Shown here in pieces: positions 9,651 to 18,878 of a stretch of DNA of 64,000 nucleotides. The position numbers were made by a program, and so were the translations under genes. A model generated the notes under the pieces. It did no database searches. It was not told where the DNA came from and was given only the letters and a program-made list of their open reading frames with translations. Origin of the DNA: Collinsella sp. (GTDB lineage: Bacteria; Actinomycetota; Coriobacteriia; Coriobacteriales; Coriobacteriaceae); the NCBI GenBank assembly GCA_019414685.1, contig DXLQ01000001.1, positions 1,208 through 65,207 of the forward strand. The letters are read 5' to 3'. Numbering within the stretch: position 1 is the first letter of the stretch; each line of letters opens with the position of its first letter.

Positions 9651-11015
9651 CTAGTTCTTCAGCGAGTTCAGCGGTGCCGGGAAGCGTCCACCACGGTGGG
9701 CAAGCACGGTGCCGGCGTTGGGGTTCACCGGCATGATGGGCGCACGGCCAAACAGGCCGCCGTACTCGACGCAGTCGCCCACGCCCTTGCCGATGGCGGG
9801 AATCACGCGCACGGCCGTGGTCTTATTGTTGATGACGCCGATGGCCATCTCGTCGGCGATGATGCCGGCGATGGTCTCGACCGGGGTGTCGCCGGGGATG
9901 GCGATCATGTCCAGGCCGACGGAGCACACGCAGGTCATGGCCTCGAGCTTCTCGAGCGAAAGCGCGCCGGCCTCGACGGCGGCGATCATGCCGGCGTCTT
10001 CGGACACGGGGATAAAGGCGCCCGAGAGGCCACCGACGCTGGAACTGGCCATGACGCCGCCCTTCTTGACGGCGTCGTTGAGCATGGCGAGCGCGCAGGT
10101 CGTGCCCGGGCCACCGCAGGTGCCCACGCCGATAATCTCGAGGATGCGAGCAACGGAGTCGCCAATGGCGGGCGTAGGCGCCAGCGACAGGTCGACGATG
10201 CCCTTCTCGACACCCAGTCGATGGGCGGCCTCGCGGCTCATGAGCTCGCCGGCACGGGTGATCTTAAAGGCGGTCTGCTTAATCTTCTCGGCGACTTCCA
10301 TCATCGAGGCGGAGTCGGGCAGCTTCTCCAGGGCTGCCGCCATAACGCCGGGGCCCGAGACGCCAACGTTGATGACGGCGTCGGCCTCGCCACCGCCGTG
10401 GACGGCGCCCGCCATAAACGGGGAGTCCTCGACCATGTTGGCAAAGCAGACAAACTTGGAGGCGCCAACGGAATCCTCATCTGCCGTAAGCTTGGCGGCA
10501 TCGATGATGGTCTGGGCGGCCATGAGCACGGCGTCCATGTTGATGCCGGCACGCAGGCTGGCGACGTTGACGCTGGAGCAGACGCGGCTGGTGGTAGCGA
10601 GCGCCTGGGGGATGGACTGGATGACGCGGCGGTCGGCGTCGCCGATGCCCTTCTGAACGAGCGCGGAGAAGCCGCCCAGGTAATCGATGCCGAGCGTCTC
10701 GGCCGCGCGGTCGAGGGCATGCGCGATGGGGGTGAGGTCCTCATCCTTGCAGCATGCGGCGATCTGCGCCACCGGGGTGACGGAAACGCGCTTGTTGACG
10801 ATGGGGATACCGTACTCGCGCTCGAGGTTCTCGGCGGTCTCGACCAAGTGCTCAGCCGTGTGCGTCACGTGGTCGTAGATCTTCGTGCACATGCGGTCGA
10901 GGCTCTCGTCGCCGCAACCCATGAGCGAAACACCCATGGTGATGGTCCTGATGTCGAGGTTCTGCTCCTCAACCATGCCGCGGGTTTCCGCGATTTCTGC
11001 GGGCGTGATCGCCAT
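9651..11015 (-). CDS. PFL-like family protein (DUF711/UPF0210)
   Basis: [50 protein letters not shown]. Confidence 0.9.
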   Translation of the reverse strand: MAITPAEIAETRGMVEEQNLDIRTITMGVSLMGCGDESLDRMCTKIYDHVTHTAEHLVETAENLEREYGIPIVNKRVSVTPVAQIAACCKDEDLTPIAHALDRAAETLGIDYLGGFSALVQKGIGDADRRVIQSIPQALATTSRVCSSVNVASLRAGINMDAVLMAAQTIIDAAKLTADEDSVGASKFVCFANMVEDSPFMAGAVHGGGEADAVINVGVSGPGVMAAALEKLPDSASMMEVAEKIKQTAFKITRAGELMSREAAHRLGVEKGIVDLSLAPTPAIGDSVARILEIIGVGTCGGPGTTCALAMLNDAVKKGGVMASSSVGGLSGAFIPVSEDAGMIAAVEAGALSLEKLEAMTCVCSVGLDMIAIPGDTPVETIAGIIADEMAIGVINNKTTAVRVIPAIGKGVGDCVEYGGLFGRAPIMPVNPNAGTVLAHRGGRFPAPLNSLKN

Positions 11016-11060
11016 CCTTGCACTCCTATCTGCCAAAACGAGCATAGCCTTATCTATTCT

Positions 11061-11098
11061 AACGTGCCGCACGTGCCAAGTGGCGCGTGCGGCACGTT
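11061..11098. terminator. Long hairpin between metH and the DUF711 gene
   Basis: AACGTGCCGCACGTGCCA / TGGCGCGTGCGGCACGTT. Confidence 0.6.
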
Positions 11099-11123
11099 TT
11101 GGTGCTCGGTTGTTTCCGTTGTG

Positions 11124-13682
11124 TTACTGCCCAAAGACCTCTTCGGCGATGCGCGCGCTTTCGGCGGCATCCTTGGCGTAGTAGTCCGCGCCGATCTGCT
11201 TGGCGTATTCGGGGGTGAGCACGGCGCCACCTACGATGATCTTGACGCCCGGAACCTCGGCATGGAGCAACTTGATGGTCTCCTCCATAGCGACGACCGT
11301 GGTGGTCATAAGCGCCGAGAGGCCGACGAGCTTAATGTCGCGCTCCCGTACGGTCTTGAGTACCTCTTGCGGGTCGACGTCGCGGCCTAGGTCAAAGACG
11401 GTGTAGCCGTAGTTATCGAGCAGCATCTTGACGATGTTCTTACCGATGTCGTGGATATCGCCTTTAACGGTGGCCACGCAGATCTTGCCCTTGTCGGCAA
11501 TCTCGCCGGCGGGCATCAGGCGCTTGATGGTGTCAAAGCCCACACGCGCGGCCTCGGCCGAGGCCATAAGCTGCGGCAAGAAGAACTTGCCCTGGTCAAA
11601 GAGGACGCCAACCTCGTCGAGGGCGGGGATAAAGTGATTGTTGATGAGGTCCATGGCGTCATGGTCTGCCAGCAGACGCTCGGTCTCGGCCGCGATTTCG
11701 CCCTTGCGGCCCGAGACGACCATGCGACGAATCGGGTCGTCGTTGCCGTCGGTGCCGGTGGTGCCAGCAGCGGGCGCGGCGTCGGTCGATACCGCCTGAG
11801 CCGCCGCCGGATTCGCGGCGATCTTGTACGGATCGGTCCAGCCGGCGTAGCGCTCGATGTATCCGGTCGAGCCCTCGTCCTCAACGCTCAGCACGCGATA
11901 GCTGTAGACGGTATCCATAAAGCGCTTGGAGCCCGGGTTCATGATGGGGGCGTCCAGGCCCGCGCCAAAAGCGGCAGCCAAAAAGACCGAGCCCAGCAGC
12001 GGGCGGGCAGGCAGACCAAAGCTGATGTTCGACACGCCGAGCGCGCATTTGACGCCCAGACGCTCCTTGCACAGGGACATGGCGCGCAGGATCTGTTCGG
12101 CCTGGCGTTGATTGGTCGAGGCGGTCATGACCAGACAGTCGATGAGGATGCGGTCCGGGCCGATACCGTAGCGGGCGGCCTCGGCCACGATGCGCTCGGC
12201 GATGGCGAAGCGAGCTTCGGCGGTATCGGGGATGCCGCCTTCATCGAGCGTGAGGCCGACGACGTTGGTGCCGTAATGGGCGACCAGCGGAAAGATCTCA
12301 TCCATGATTTGCTGTTTGCCATTGACCGAGTTGATGATGGGCTTGCCGGCGTAGCGGCGCACGGCTGCCTCGACGGCTGCGGGGTCGGTGGAGTCGATCT
12401 GCAGCGGCAGCAGCGTGGAGCCCTGGAGCTGCTCGGTCGCCTGCTGGATGATCTTGACCTCGTCGATCTCGGGCAGGCCCACGTTGACGTCCAGGATGTC
12501 GGCGCCCTGTTCCTGCTGGCTGATGCCCTGGCTCACGACGTAGTCCAGGTCGCCGTCGCGCAGGGCCTGTTGCAGGCGCTTTTTGCCGGTGGGATTGATG
12601 CGCTCGCCGATGACGGCGATTTTGTGGCCGTCACAGGGAAGGTCCACGACCGTCTGGGCGCTCGTGGCCGACATGCTGGGCTTGCGGCGGCGCGGGCTGG
12701 GCGTGTGGTTGTCGATAAGCGTGCGCAAGGCCGCCATATGCGCCGGCGTGGTTCCGCAGCAGCCGCCCACGACGCTCACGCCGTCCTCGATCATGCCGGC
12801 GACGGCCTCGGCGTATTCGGGGGCCTGGATATCAAAGACGGTATTGCCGTCGTCGTCCACGCGGGGCAGTCCCGCGTTAGCCTGCACCATAACGGGCTTG
12901 TCGGTAACGGTGAGCATACGTGCGGCGAGCCCTCGGAGCTCGGCCGGGCCCTGGCTGCAGTTGATACCCAAAACGTCGGCGCCGATGGCGTCGAGCGTGA
13001 TGGCGGCGACCTCGGGGCTCGTTCCCAAGAAGGTGCGACCGTCTTCCTCAAAGGTCATGGTGGCAAAGACGGGCAGGTCGGAGTTCTCGCGGCAGGCGAG
13101 GACGGCCGCCTTGATCTCGGCAAGGTCGGTCATGGTCTCGATAATAAAGAGGTCCACGCCCGCGTCGACGCCGGCGCGCACCTCCTCGGCAAAGAGGTCA
13201 TAGGCCTCGTCGAAGCTCAGGGTGCCCAAGGGGCGAAGCAGCGCGCCGATGGGGCCGATATCGCCGGCGACGTAGCGGGCGCCGGCCTCGCGGGCGCAGG
13301 CGACAGCGGCGGCAAAGACATCTGCCACGGTGGCGGCGCCGTCGAGCTTGTGGGCGTTGGCGCCAAAGGTGTTGGCGGTGATCACGTCGCAGCCGGCCTC
13401 GACATACTGACGCTGGATATCGGTGATAACCTCGGGCTCCTCAAAGTTGAGCAGCTCGGGCAGGGCGCCGGCCTTCATGCCGGCAGCCTGCAGCATGGTG
13501 CCCATGCCGCCGTCAAACAGCAGGTGCCCCGTGCCCTCGATGGCGGCGCGCAGGCGATCGTCCTTAATGCGCAGGTCGTCGATCGTGCGTGGCTTGTACA
13601 CAGCGCCGTTGCAGCGTGCGGCATTGACGGGCGCCGCCAGCGCGGCACCATCCGAATTATGAGTAATAAGCGGGGTGAACAT
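11124..13682 (-). CDS. metH: B12-dependent methionine synthase, catalytic part (Hcy-binding, pterin-binding and cobalamin-binding domains)
   Basis: DGGMGTML, GINCS, GGCCGTTP Zn ligands, IGERINPTGK, GDIHDIGKNIV (DxHxxG), GLSALMTTT. Confidence 0.92.
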   Translation of the reverse strand: MFTPLITHNSDGAALAAPVNAARCNGAVYKPRTIDDLRIKDDRLRAAIEGTGHLLFDGGMGTMLQAAGMKAGALPELLNFEEPEVITDIQRQYVEAGCDVITANTFGANAHKLDGAATVADVFAAAVACAREAGARYVAGDIGPIGALLRPLGTLSFDEAYDLFAEEVRAGVDAGVDLFIIETMTDLAEIKAAVLACRENSDLPVFATMTFEEDGRTFLGTSPEVAAITLDAIGADVLGINCSQGPAELRGLAARMLTVTDKPVMVQANAGLPRVDDDGNTVFDIQAPEYAEAVAGMIEDGVSVVGGCCGTTPAHMAALRTLIDNHTPSPRRRKPSMSATSAQTVVDLPCDGHKIAVIGERINPTGKKRLQQALRDGDLDYVVSQGISQQEQGADILDVNVGLPEIDEVKIIQQATEQLQGSTLLPLQIDSTDPAAVEAAVRRYAGKPIINSVNGKQQIMDEIFPLVAHYGTNVVGLTLDEGGIPDTAEARFAIAERIVAEAARYGIGPDRILIDCLVMTASTNQRQAEQILRAMSLCKERLGVKCALGVSNISFGLPARPLLGSVFLAAAFGAGLDAPIMNPGSKRFMDTVYSYRVLSVEDEGSTGYIERYAGWTDPYKIAANPAAAQAVSTDAAPAAGTTGTDGNDDPIRRMVVSGRKGEIAAETERLLADHDAMDLINNHFIPALDEVGVLFDQGKFFLPQLMASAEAARVGFDTIKRLMPAGEIADKGKICVATVKGDIHDIGKNIVKMLLDNYGYTVFDLGRDVDPQEVLKTVRERDIKLVGLSALMTTTVVAMEETIKLLHAEVPGVKIIVGGAVLTPEYAKQIGADYYAKDAAESARIAEEVFGQ

Positions 13683-13691
13683 CGGGGGCTC

Positions 13692-14480
13692 CTAATGGCT
13701 GGAATAGCAGGTGGTGTGGGCGGCACGGAAGCGGCAGTTCTCGCGCATGCGGCAGATATTGCAGGTGGGGCGACTCTGGGCGTCGTGGACTTTGCCGTCG
13801 AACAGACCGATCACCGCGGTCACGCTCTTGGTGGGCATGAGCAGGCTGGTGGGCGTGACGGTAAGGCCGATGAGCCGCGTGGCGTTGAGCGCATCGACGA
13901 TCGAGCGCTGGGCCGAGAGCGGGCAGTCGCCGTAGCCGGGGCTAAAGCGCCAGTTGCCGGCGAGCCCGTGTGCGGCGGCCGCAGCCTTGGCCTGCTGGTC
14001 CATCTGCTCAACGGCGGCTTCTACATAGGCAGAGCACGCGGCGTCGAGCACGGCTCCCTCCAGGGGCTGCTGGGCTCCCGTGGTGCGCAGACGACGCTCG
14101 GCGTCCATGCCGAGGGTGCATGCCATGAGTGCGGCAAAGCGGGCGTCTTTGAGGTGGCGATAGATATCGCGACCGCGCAGCTCAACGTTGGTGCCGACCA
14201 AGCGAATGCAAGGCTCACTTTGTTCGTCCACGCCCGTGGCATCGACGGCAAACACGCGGCGCACGCCACGGGGCTCAATGTCCAGTTCCAGACGTTCAAC
14301 GACAAGCTCAATACGTCGTGACAGTTCGGGCTCAATCTGCTGGCCGCCGTAACCCAGATACCGCAGCATCTCGGCACGGTCGACACGGGGATGGTGCGCG
14401 GCATCGACACGGTAAAGCGCCGGCGACGCAAGGTCGGCCGGCACTTCGACAGCGGTTGTATCGATGTGCGGTTTTTCCAT
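13692..14480 (-). CDS. Methionine synthase AdoMet activation domain, separate gene
   Basis: RFSPGYGDCPLSAQ, LLMPTKSVTAVIG, C-terminal CxxC...C; ATG overlaps metF stop (TAATG). Confidence 0.88.
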   Translation of the reverse strand: MEKPHIDTTAVEVPADLASPALYRVDAAHHPRVDRAEMLRYLGYGGQQIEPELSRRIELVVERLELDIEPRGVRRVFAVDATGVDEQSEPCIRLVGTNVELRGRDIYRHLKDARFAALMACTLGMDAERRLRTTGAQQPLEGAVLDAACSAYVEAAVEQMDQQAKAAAAAHGLAGNWRFSPGYGDCPLSAQRSIVDALNATRLIGLTVTPTSLLMPTKSVTAVIGLFDGKVHDAQSRPTCNICRMRENCRFRAAHTTCYSSH

Positions 14481-15352
14481 TACCCCAGGCGCTCCATAAT
14501 GGTCGCGGCGATCGCAGGACGGTTCATAGTGTACAGGTGCAGGCCGTCGGCGCCGTGCTCCTTGAGGTCGCAAAGTTGGCGGGCGGCATAATCTACACCG
14601 GCTGCCTGCAGGCTCTCGGGGTCGTTCTCGTACTTGGCGAGAATCTTGATGACGGGGGAGGGCAGCGACGCGCCGCACATAAAGACCATGCGGCTGATCT
14701 GGGACTTGCCCATAAACGGCATGATGCCCGCGGTAATGGGCACGGTGATGCCGACCTTGTCGGCAAGCTCGCGGAAGCGGTAGAAGCACTCGTTATCAAA
14801 GAAGAGCTGCGTCACAAAGAAGCTTGCGCCGGCGTCCTGTTTTTGCTTGAGGTGTTCGACCGAGAGGTTGAGATCCTCACAGGCAATGTGGCCCTCGGGG
14901 TAGGCTGCGGCGCCCACGCAAAAGCCGGCGTCGACGAGCTCGGGGATGAGGTCGCGGGCGTAGGCGTAGTCGGAGGCGGGCTTGTCGTCCTCGGTCGCGC
15001 CGGCAGGGAGATCGCCACGCAGGGCCAGAATGTTTTCAACGCCGGCGGTGCGATACTCGTCGATCTTGGCGGCGATGTCGGCGTGGGTGCGGCCCACGCA
15101 GGTGAGGTGTGCCACCGAGGGCGTGTCGAATTCGCTCGAAATCATATGCGCGATGGGGGCGGTGGTGGCACCGTTGCCCGAGCCGCCGGCCGAGCAGGTG
15201 ACCGAGACAAAGCTCGGCGAAAGCTTGCACAGATTGCCTGCCACTTCGCGAGCCGTGTCGAGGGTGAGCTCGCCCTTGGGCGGGAACATCTCAAACGAAA
15301 CGGGCGCGGTGCCCTGGGATGCTGCCTGCTTAAAAACCTCGTCGACGCGCAT
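14480..15352 (-). CDS. metF: 5,10-methylenetetrahydrofolate reductase
   Basis: SFEMFPPK, AHLTC, LALRGDLP, AAYPEGH, TQLFFDN, HLYTMN. Confidence 0.95.
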   Translation of the reverse strand: MRVDEVFKQAASQGTAPVSFEMFPPKGELTLDTAREVAGNLCKLSPSFVSVTCSAGGSGNGATTAPIAHMISSEFDTPSVAHLTCVGRTHADIAAKIDEYRTAGVENILALRGDLPAGATEDDKPASDYAYARDLIPELVDAGFCVGAAAYPEGHIACEDLNLSVEHLKQKQDAGASFFVTQLFFDNECFYRFRELADKVGITVPITAGIMPFMGKSQISRMVFMCGASLPSPVIKILAKYENDPESLQAAGVDYAARQLCDLKEHGADGLHLYTMNRPAIAATIMERLG

Positions 15353-15516
15353 ATCGTGCTCCTCTAGATACGTAATAGTGTGATGTGTTGTAAGGATTCT
15401 ACAGCACCACTGTGTCACGGTGGAGTTTCACTCGTTATTCGGGGATACCAATCAAAGATGCCTTGCTATCGGCTTTCTCTATAACAGAGCGGCTAATCTA
15501 GGCACGGACTATAAAG

Positions 15517-15542
15517 ACTGGTATCTGATGCAAAATACCAGT
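15517..15542. promoter_or_regulatory. Inverted repeat upstream of the met operon (candidate operator)
   Basis: ACTGGTAT-N10-ATACCAGT. Confidence 0.4.
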
Positions 15543-15661
15543 TAATAGAGCTCCATCCCAAATTGACTACCCTTAAACCATGGGGAGAGGTCTGCAATTT
15601 ATGCAGTTGATTGGCTGTTGAGGGTGGCAACGCCGCCTCGATAGGGTAACCTCATTGATTG

Positions 15662-15715
15662 GTTTCGCGACAGCAACATAACGGTAATGTCGCGGAAACA
15701 CGGCGAGTCTAAGCT
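15662..15715 (+). promoter_or_regulatory. GlnR-box-like array and -10 element upstream of glnA
   Basis: GTTTC-n6-GCAAC-n6-GTAAT-n6-GAAAC (11-bp phasing) then TAAGCT at 15710-15715. Confidence 0.55.
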
Positions 15716-15778
15716 ATGACTCGTTCGTTAGTAATCAACACCGCTTCTCACGCGGTGCCGATACGAAGGGAGTTCCGT

Positions 15779-17866
15779 ATGGCCGAACTTACTGACCGCT
15801 TCGGGACCATGGTGTTCTCTGAGGAAGTCATGAAGGACTACCTCCCCAAGGACATTTGGAAGCGCCTTGCTGCAACCCTCGAGGGCGGTGAGCCGCTCGA
15901 CCTGGATGTGGCCAACGCCGTTGCCCATGCCATGAAGGTCTGGGCCATCTCCAAGGGCGCGACGCACTACGCGCACTGGTTCCAGCCGCTTTCGGGCATT
16001 ACTTCCGAGAAGCACGACAGCTTCCTGGAGCCCAACCACGACGGCACCGCCATTACCAAGTTTACGGGCAAGAACCTCATCCAGGGCGAGCCCGATGCCT
16101 CCAGCTTCCCCAACGGCGGCCTGCGCGCCACCTTCGAGGCCCGTGGCTACACCGCTTGGGATCCCACTAGCCCCGCCTTTATCAAGGACGATGTCCTGTG
16201 CATCCCCACGGCTTTCTGCTCCTACACGGGCGAGGCCCTGGACAAGAAGACCCCGCTGCTGCGTTCCATGACCGCGCTCTCGCGTGAGTCTAAGCGCGTT
16301 TTGGCGCTGTTCGGTAAGACCCCCAAGAAGGTCGTTCCTTCCGTGGGCGACGAGCAGGAGTACTTCCTGATCAAGAAGGACGCCTACCGCAAGCGCAAGG
16401 ACCTGGTCATTACCGGCCGCACCCTCTTTGGTGCTGCTCCATGCAAGGGTCAGGAGCTCGAGGAGCACTACTTTGGCGCTATCCGCCCCACCGTCTCGGC
16501 CTACATGAAGGACTTGGACGATGAGCTGTGGGCGCTCGGCATTCCCGCCAAGACCAAGCACAACGAGGTTGCTCCCTGCCAGCATGAGCTCGCCCCCGTC
16601 TATGGCGAAGTCAACGAGGCCATCGACCAGAACCTGGTCATGATGGAGAAAATGAAGCTCATCGCCTCCCGCCACGACTTGGTTTGCCTGCTGCACGAGA
16701 AACCCTTCGAGGGCATCAACGGTTCGGGCAAGCACAACAACTGGTCGCTTGGCACCGAGTCCGAGAATCTGCTCGATCCGGGCGACACCCCGCTCGACAA
16801 CCTGCAGTTCATCGTCTTCCTCACCGCGGTGATCGAGGCCGTCGATAACTATCAGGAGCTCCTGCGTGCCTCCGTTGCCTCGGCCGGCAACGACCATCGT
16901 CTGGGCGCCAACGAGGCTCCTCCGGCGATTATGTCCATCTTCCTGGGCGACCAGCTTACCGAGGTCGTCGAGAAGATCATCGATGGCAAGGCTTCCGTCC
17001 ATGCCACGCGCGGCGTGCTCGACCTGGGCGCCGATACCCTGCCCAAGCTGATGCAGGACAACACCGACCGCAACCGCACCTCCCCGTTTGCCTTCACCGG
17101 CAATAAGTTCGAGTTCCGTGCCTGCGGCTCCGAGCAGAACGTCTCCGACTCCAACCTGGTGCTGGATGCCGCCGTGGCCAAGTCGCTCAAGTCCTTCGCC
17201 GACGCGCTTGAGGGTACGCCCGAGGATGAGTTCCAGGACGCTGCGCTCGAGTACTGCAAGAAGGTCCTGACCGACCACCAGCGCATCCTGTTCTCCGGTG
17301 ACGGCTACTCCGACGAGTGGCCCGTTGAGGCCGAGAAGCGTGGTCTTGCCAACAACAAGACCACGGCCGACGCCCTGCCCGCCTTTGTTTCCGATAAGGC
17401 CATTGCGCTCTTTGAGGAGACGGGTGTCCTGACCAAGGCCGAGGCTCAGTGCCGCTACGACTGCAAGCTCGAGAAGTACAACAAGCTCATGAACATCGAG
17501 GCCACCACGATGGTTCGCGAGGCGCGTCGTACCTATCGCCCGGTCATTACCGCCTATGCCACCAAGGTCGCTAAGGGCCTTGAGACTATTCGTGCCGCCG
17601 GTGCTGAGGCCGCCATGCAGTGCGAGCAGAACACGCTCAACAAGCTCTGCAACGGCATCACCACCATCAACGACTCCATCAAGGCGCTTGACGCCGTGCA
17701 TCAGAAGGCTGAGGCCCTCGATAACCAGGAGCAGGCCAACGTGTACGCGCACGAGGTCGTTCCCGCTATGGATGCGCTGCGCGCCGCCGTGGATGCCATG
17801 GAGGAGATCGTGGCTGCCGACTACTGGCCGGTCCCGACTTACGACGACATCCTGTTCTACGTGTAG
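15779..17866 (+). CDS. glnA: Glutamine synthetase type III
   Basis: [59 protein letters not shown]; about 695 aa. Confidence 0.95.
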   Translation: MAELTDRFGTMVFSEEVMKDYLPKDIWKRLAATLEGGEPLDLDVANAVAHAMKVWAISKGATHYAHWFQPLSGITSEKHDSFLEPNHDGTAITKFTGKNLIQGEPDASSFPNGGLRATFEARGYTAWDPTSPAFIKDDVLCIPTAFCSYTGEALDKKTPLLRSMTALSRESKRVLALFGKTPKKVVPSVGDEQEYFLIKKDAYRKRKDLVITGRTLFGAAPCKGQELEEHYFGAIRPTVSAYMKDLDDELWALGIPAKTKHNEVAPCQHELAPVYGEVNEAIDQNLVMMEKMKLIASRHDLVCLLHEKPFEGINGSGKHNNWSLGTESENLLDPGDTPLDNLQFIVFLTAVIEAVDNYQELLRASVASAGNDHRLGANEAPPAIMSIFLGDQLTEVVEKIIDGKASVHATRGVLDLGADTLPKLMQDNTDRNRTSPFAFTGNKFEFRACGSEQNVSDSNLVLDAAVAKSLKSFADALEGTPEDEFQDAALEYCKKVLTDHQRILFSGDGYSDEWPVEAEKRGLANNKTTADALPAFVSDKAIALFEETGVLTKAEAQCRYDCKLEKYNKLMNIEATTMVREARRTYRPVITAYATKVAKGLETIRAAGAEAAMQCEQNTLNKLCNGITTINDSIKALDAVHQKAEALDNQEQANVYAHEVVPAMDALRAAVDAMEEIVAADYWPVPTYDDILFYV

Positions 17867-17896
17867 AGCGTAACTGACATATCGTCACGGTATTGA

Positions 17897-17930
17897 GCCG
17901 GGGTCCGCATCATGCGGGCCCCGGTTTTTG
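17897..17930 (+). terminator. Intrinsic terminator after glnA
   Basis: CCGGGGTCCGCAT / ATGCGGGCCCCGG followed by TTTTTG. Confidence 0.85.
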
Positions 17931-17981
17931 TTTGCGAAGGACGCTTTGAAGCCCGTTTTGCACCTGATTCGCCCACGCAAT

Positions 17982-18216
17982 AAGGGGGCGTGGACAAAAA
18001 ACGTCAAATATGAGTACTGTCACAAGTCCTGTAGCATTATTTTTTTGCAAAATATGCAGTGTTACACAACATATGTTCAAGTACTTAGCTGATAAACGCC
18101 TGCAATTCTTTCGCCGTAGGACCCCTGGCGTCTAAATCGCCTTCTGATGGCATGAAATCGCTGTTACTAAATTGGTGACAGTACTCATATTTGCTATTTT
18201 TTGCCCACAGGCCCTT
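17982..18216. mobile_element. MITE-like element with about 42-bp imperfect terminal inverted repeats
   Basis: Perfect 19-bp core CAAATATGAGTACTGTCAC (18005-18023) / GTGACAGTACTCATATTTG (18175-18193); outer AAGGG..GTGG.CAAAAAA also mirrored; AT-rich non-coding interior. Confidence 0.55.
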
Positions 18217-18242
18217 GGACGACAGTGTGATTTAATGCCCTC

Positions 18243-18520
18243 GGGGTTCGAATCCCGGCGTTGGGGAAGAAAAAAGCCCGTCACCGCGAGGGCAACGGGC
18301 TTCTCGATTTAAATGGTGCCCCCAGCGGGATGTCCGCGTGCGGCTGGCGCCGCCCGCTTTCGCTGCGTCGCTTCGCTCCTTGCGTGCTGCGCTGGAAAAC
18401 GCTTGCGCGTTTCCTCAGCTCCGCACCCTGTCGGGTTCGAATCCCGGCGCATGGGTAGCAAAAAGCCCGCTACCGCGAGGGTAACGGGCTCTTCAATTCA
18501 AATGGTGCCCCCAGCGGGAT
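18243..18520 (-). repeat. tRNA-linked tandem repeat (189-bp period) duplicating the tRNA-Glu 3' end and its terminator
   Basis: AAATGGTGCCCCCAGCGGGAT at 18311-18331 and 18500-18520; each preceded on + by GGGTTCGAATCCCGGCG and an AAAAAGCCCG...CGGGCT hairpin. Confidence 0.85.
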
Positions 18521-18579
18521 TCGAACCCGCGATATCCACCTTGAAAGGGTGGCGTCCTTGGCCGCTAGACGATGGGGAC
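18503..18579 (-). tRNA. tRNA-Glu (anticodon TTC)
   Basis: Minus strand GTCCCCA...CCACC-CTTTCAA-GGTGG...GGTTCGAATCC...TGGGGGC-A-CCA; 77 nt cloverleaf with encoded CCA. Confidence 0.97.
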
Positions 18580-18674
18580 AGCGGGAAAGAGTATAGCAGA
18601 CTTTTTTGCCGGCGCGTATATCGTTGGCAAACTGGAAAACCACCACATAGGAGCTGGCTCTCTATCCCGATCTT

Positions 18675-18819
18675 CGAACATCTCAACCTGTAACATCTGG
18701 GCGGGCAAATTGGCTCTATCTGTTACAGATCGAGACAAAAGGCAGGCGTCGGGACGAACATCTCATTCTGTAACAGTAAGACGACTTTTAACGGTCTAGA
18801 TGTTACAGATTGAGACAAA
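18675..18819. repeat. Two-copy 80-bp-period repeat, each an inverted pair around a 25-nt variable spacer
   Basis: CGAACATCTCAnnCTGTAACA-N25-TGTTACAGATyGAGACAAA at 18675-18739 and 18755-18819. Confidence 0.8.
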
Positions 18820-18837
18820 CCGCTGGGATGGGTCAAA

Positions 18838-18872
18838 ACAACCACAAAGGTGCCTGTCCCCTTTGTGGTTGT
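18838..18872 (-). repeat. REP-like hairpin with GGGGACAGG motif (may also terminate murT-gatD)
   Basis: 13-bp perfect stem ACAACCACAAAGG / CCTTTGTGGTTGT; related copy at 26183-26211. Confidence 0.55.
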
Positions 18873-18878
18873 GAGGTG

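Noticed and set aside
9495..14321. Long antisense ORFs (9495-11390, 11451-14321; likewise 50139-53288, 32251-34167, 15728-17752)
   Set aside because: Shadow frames opposite well-supported genes, expected in high-GC DNA; no recognisable motifs.
15353..15660. SAM, SAH, cobalamin or T-box riboswitch upstream of metF
   Set aside because: No conserved cores seen on the sense (minus) strand; AGATGCCTTG resembles an SMK-box segment but is on the wrong strand and lacks the partner sequence.
18243..18450. Additional tRNA genes at GGTTCGAATCC (about 18245 and 18434)
   Set aside because: No D-arm, anticodon arm or acceptor stem on +; these are T-arm-complementary parts of the tRNA-linked repeat.
18243..18819. 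CRISPR array
   Set aside because: Only two units in each repeat set, one set is built on a tRNA end, the other has alternating orientation, and no cas genes are in the window.
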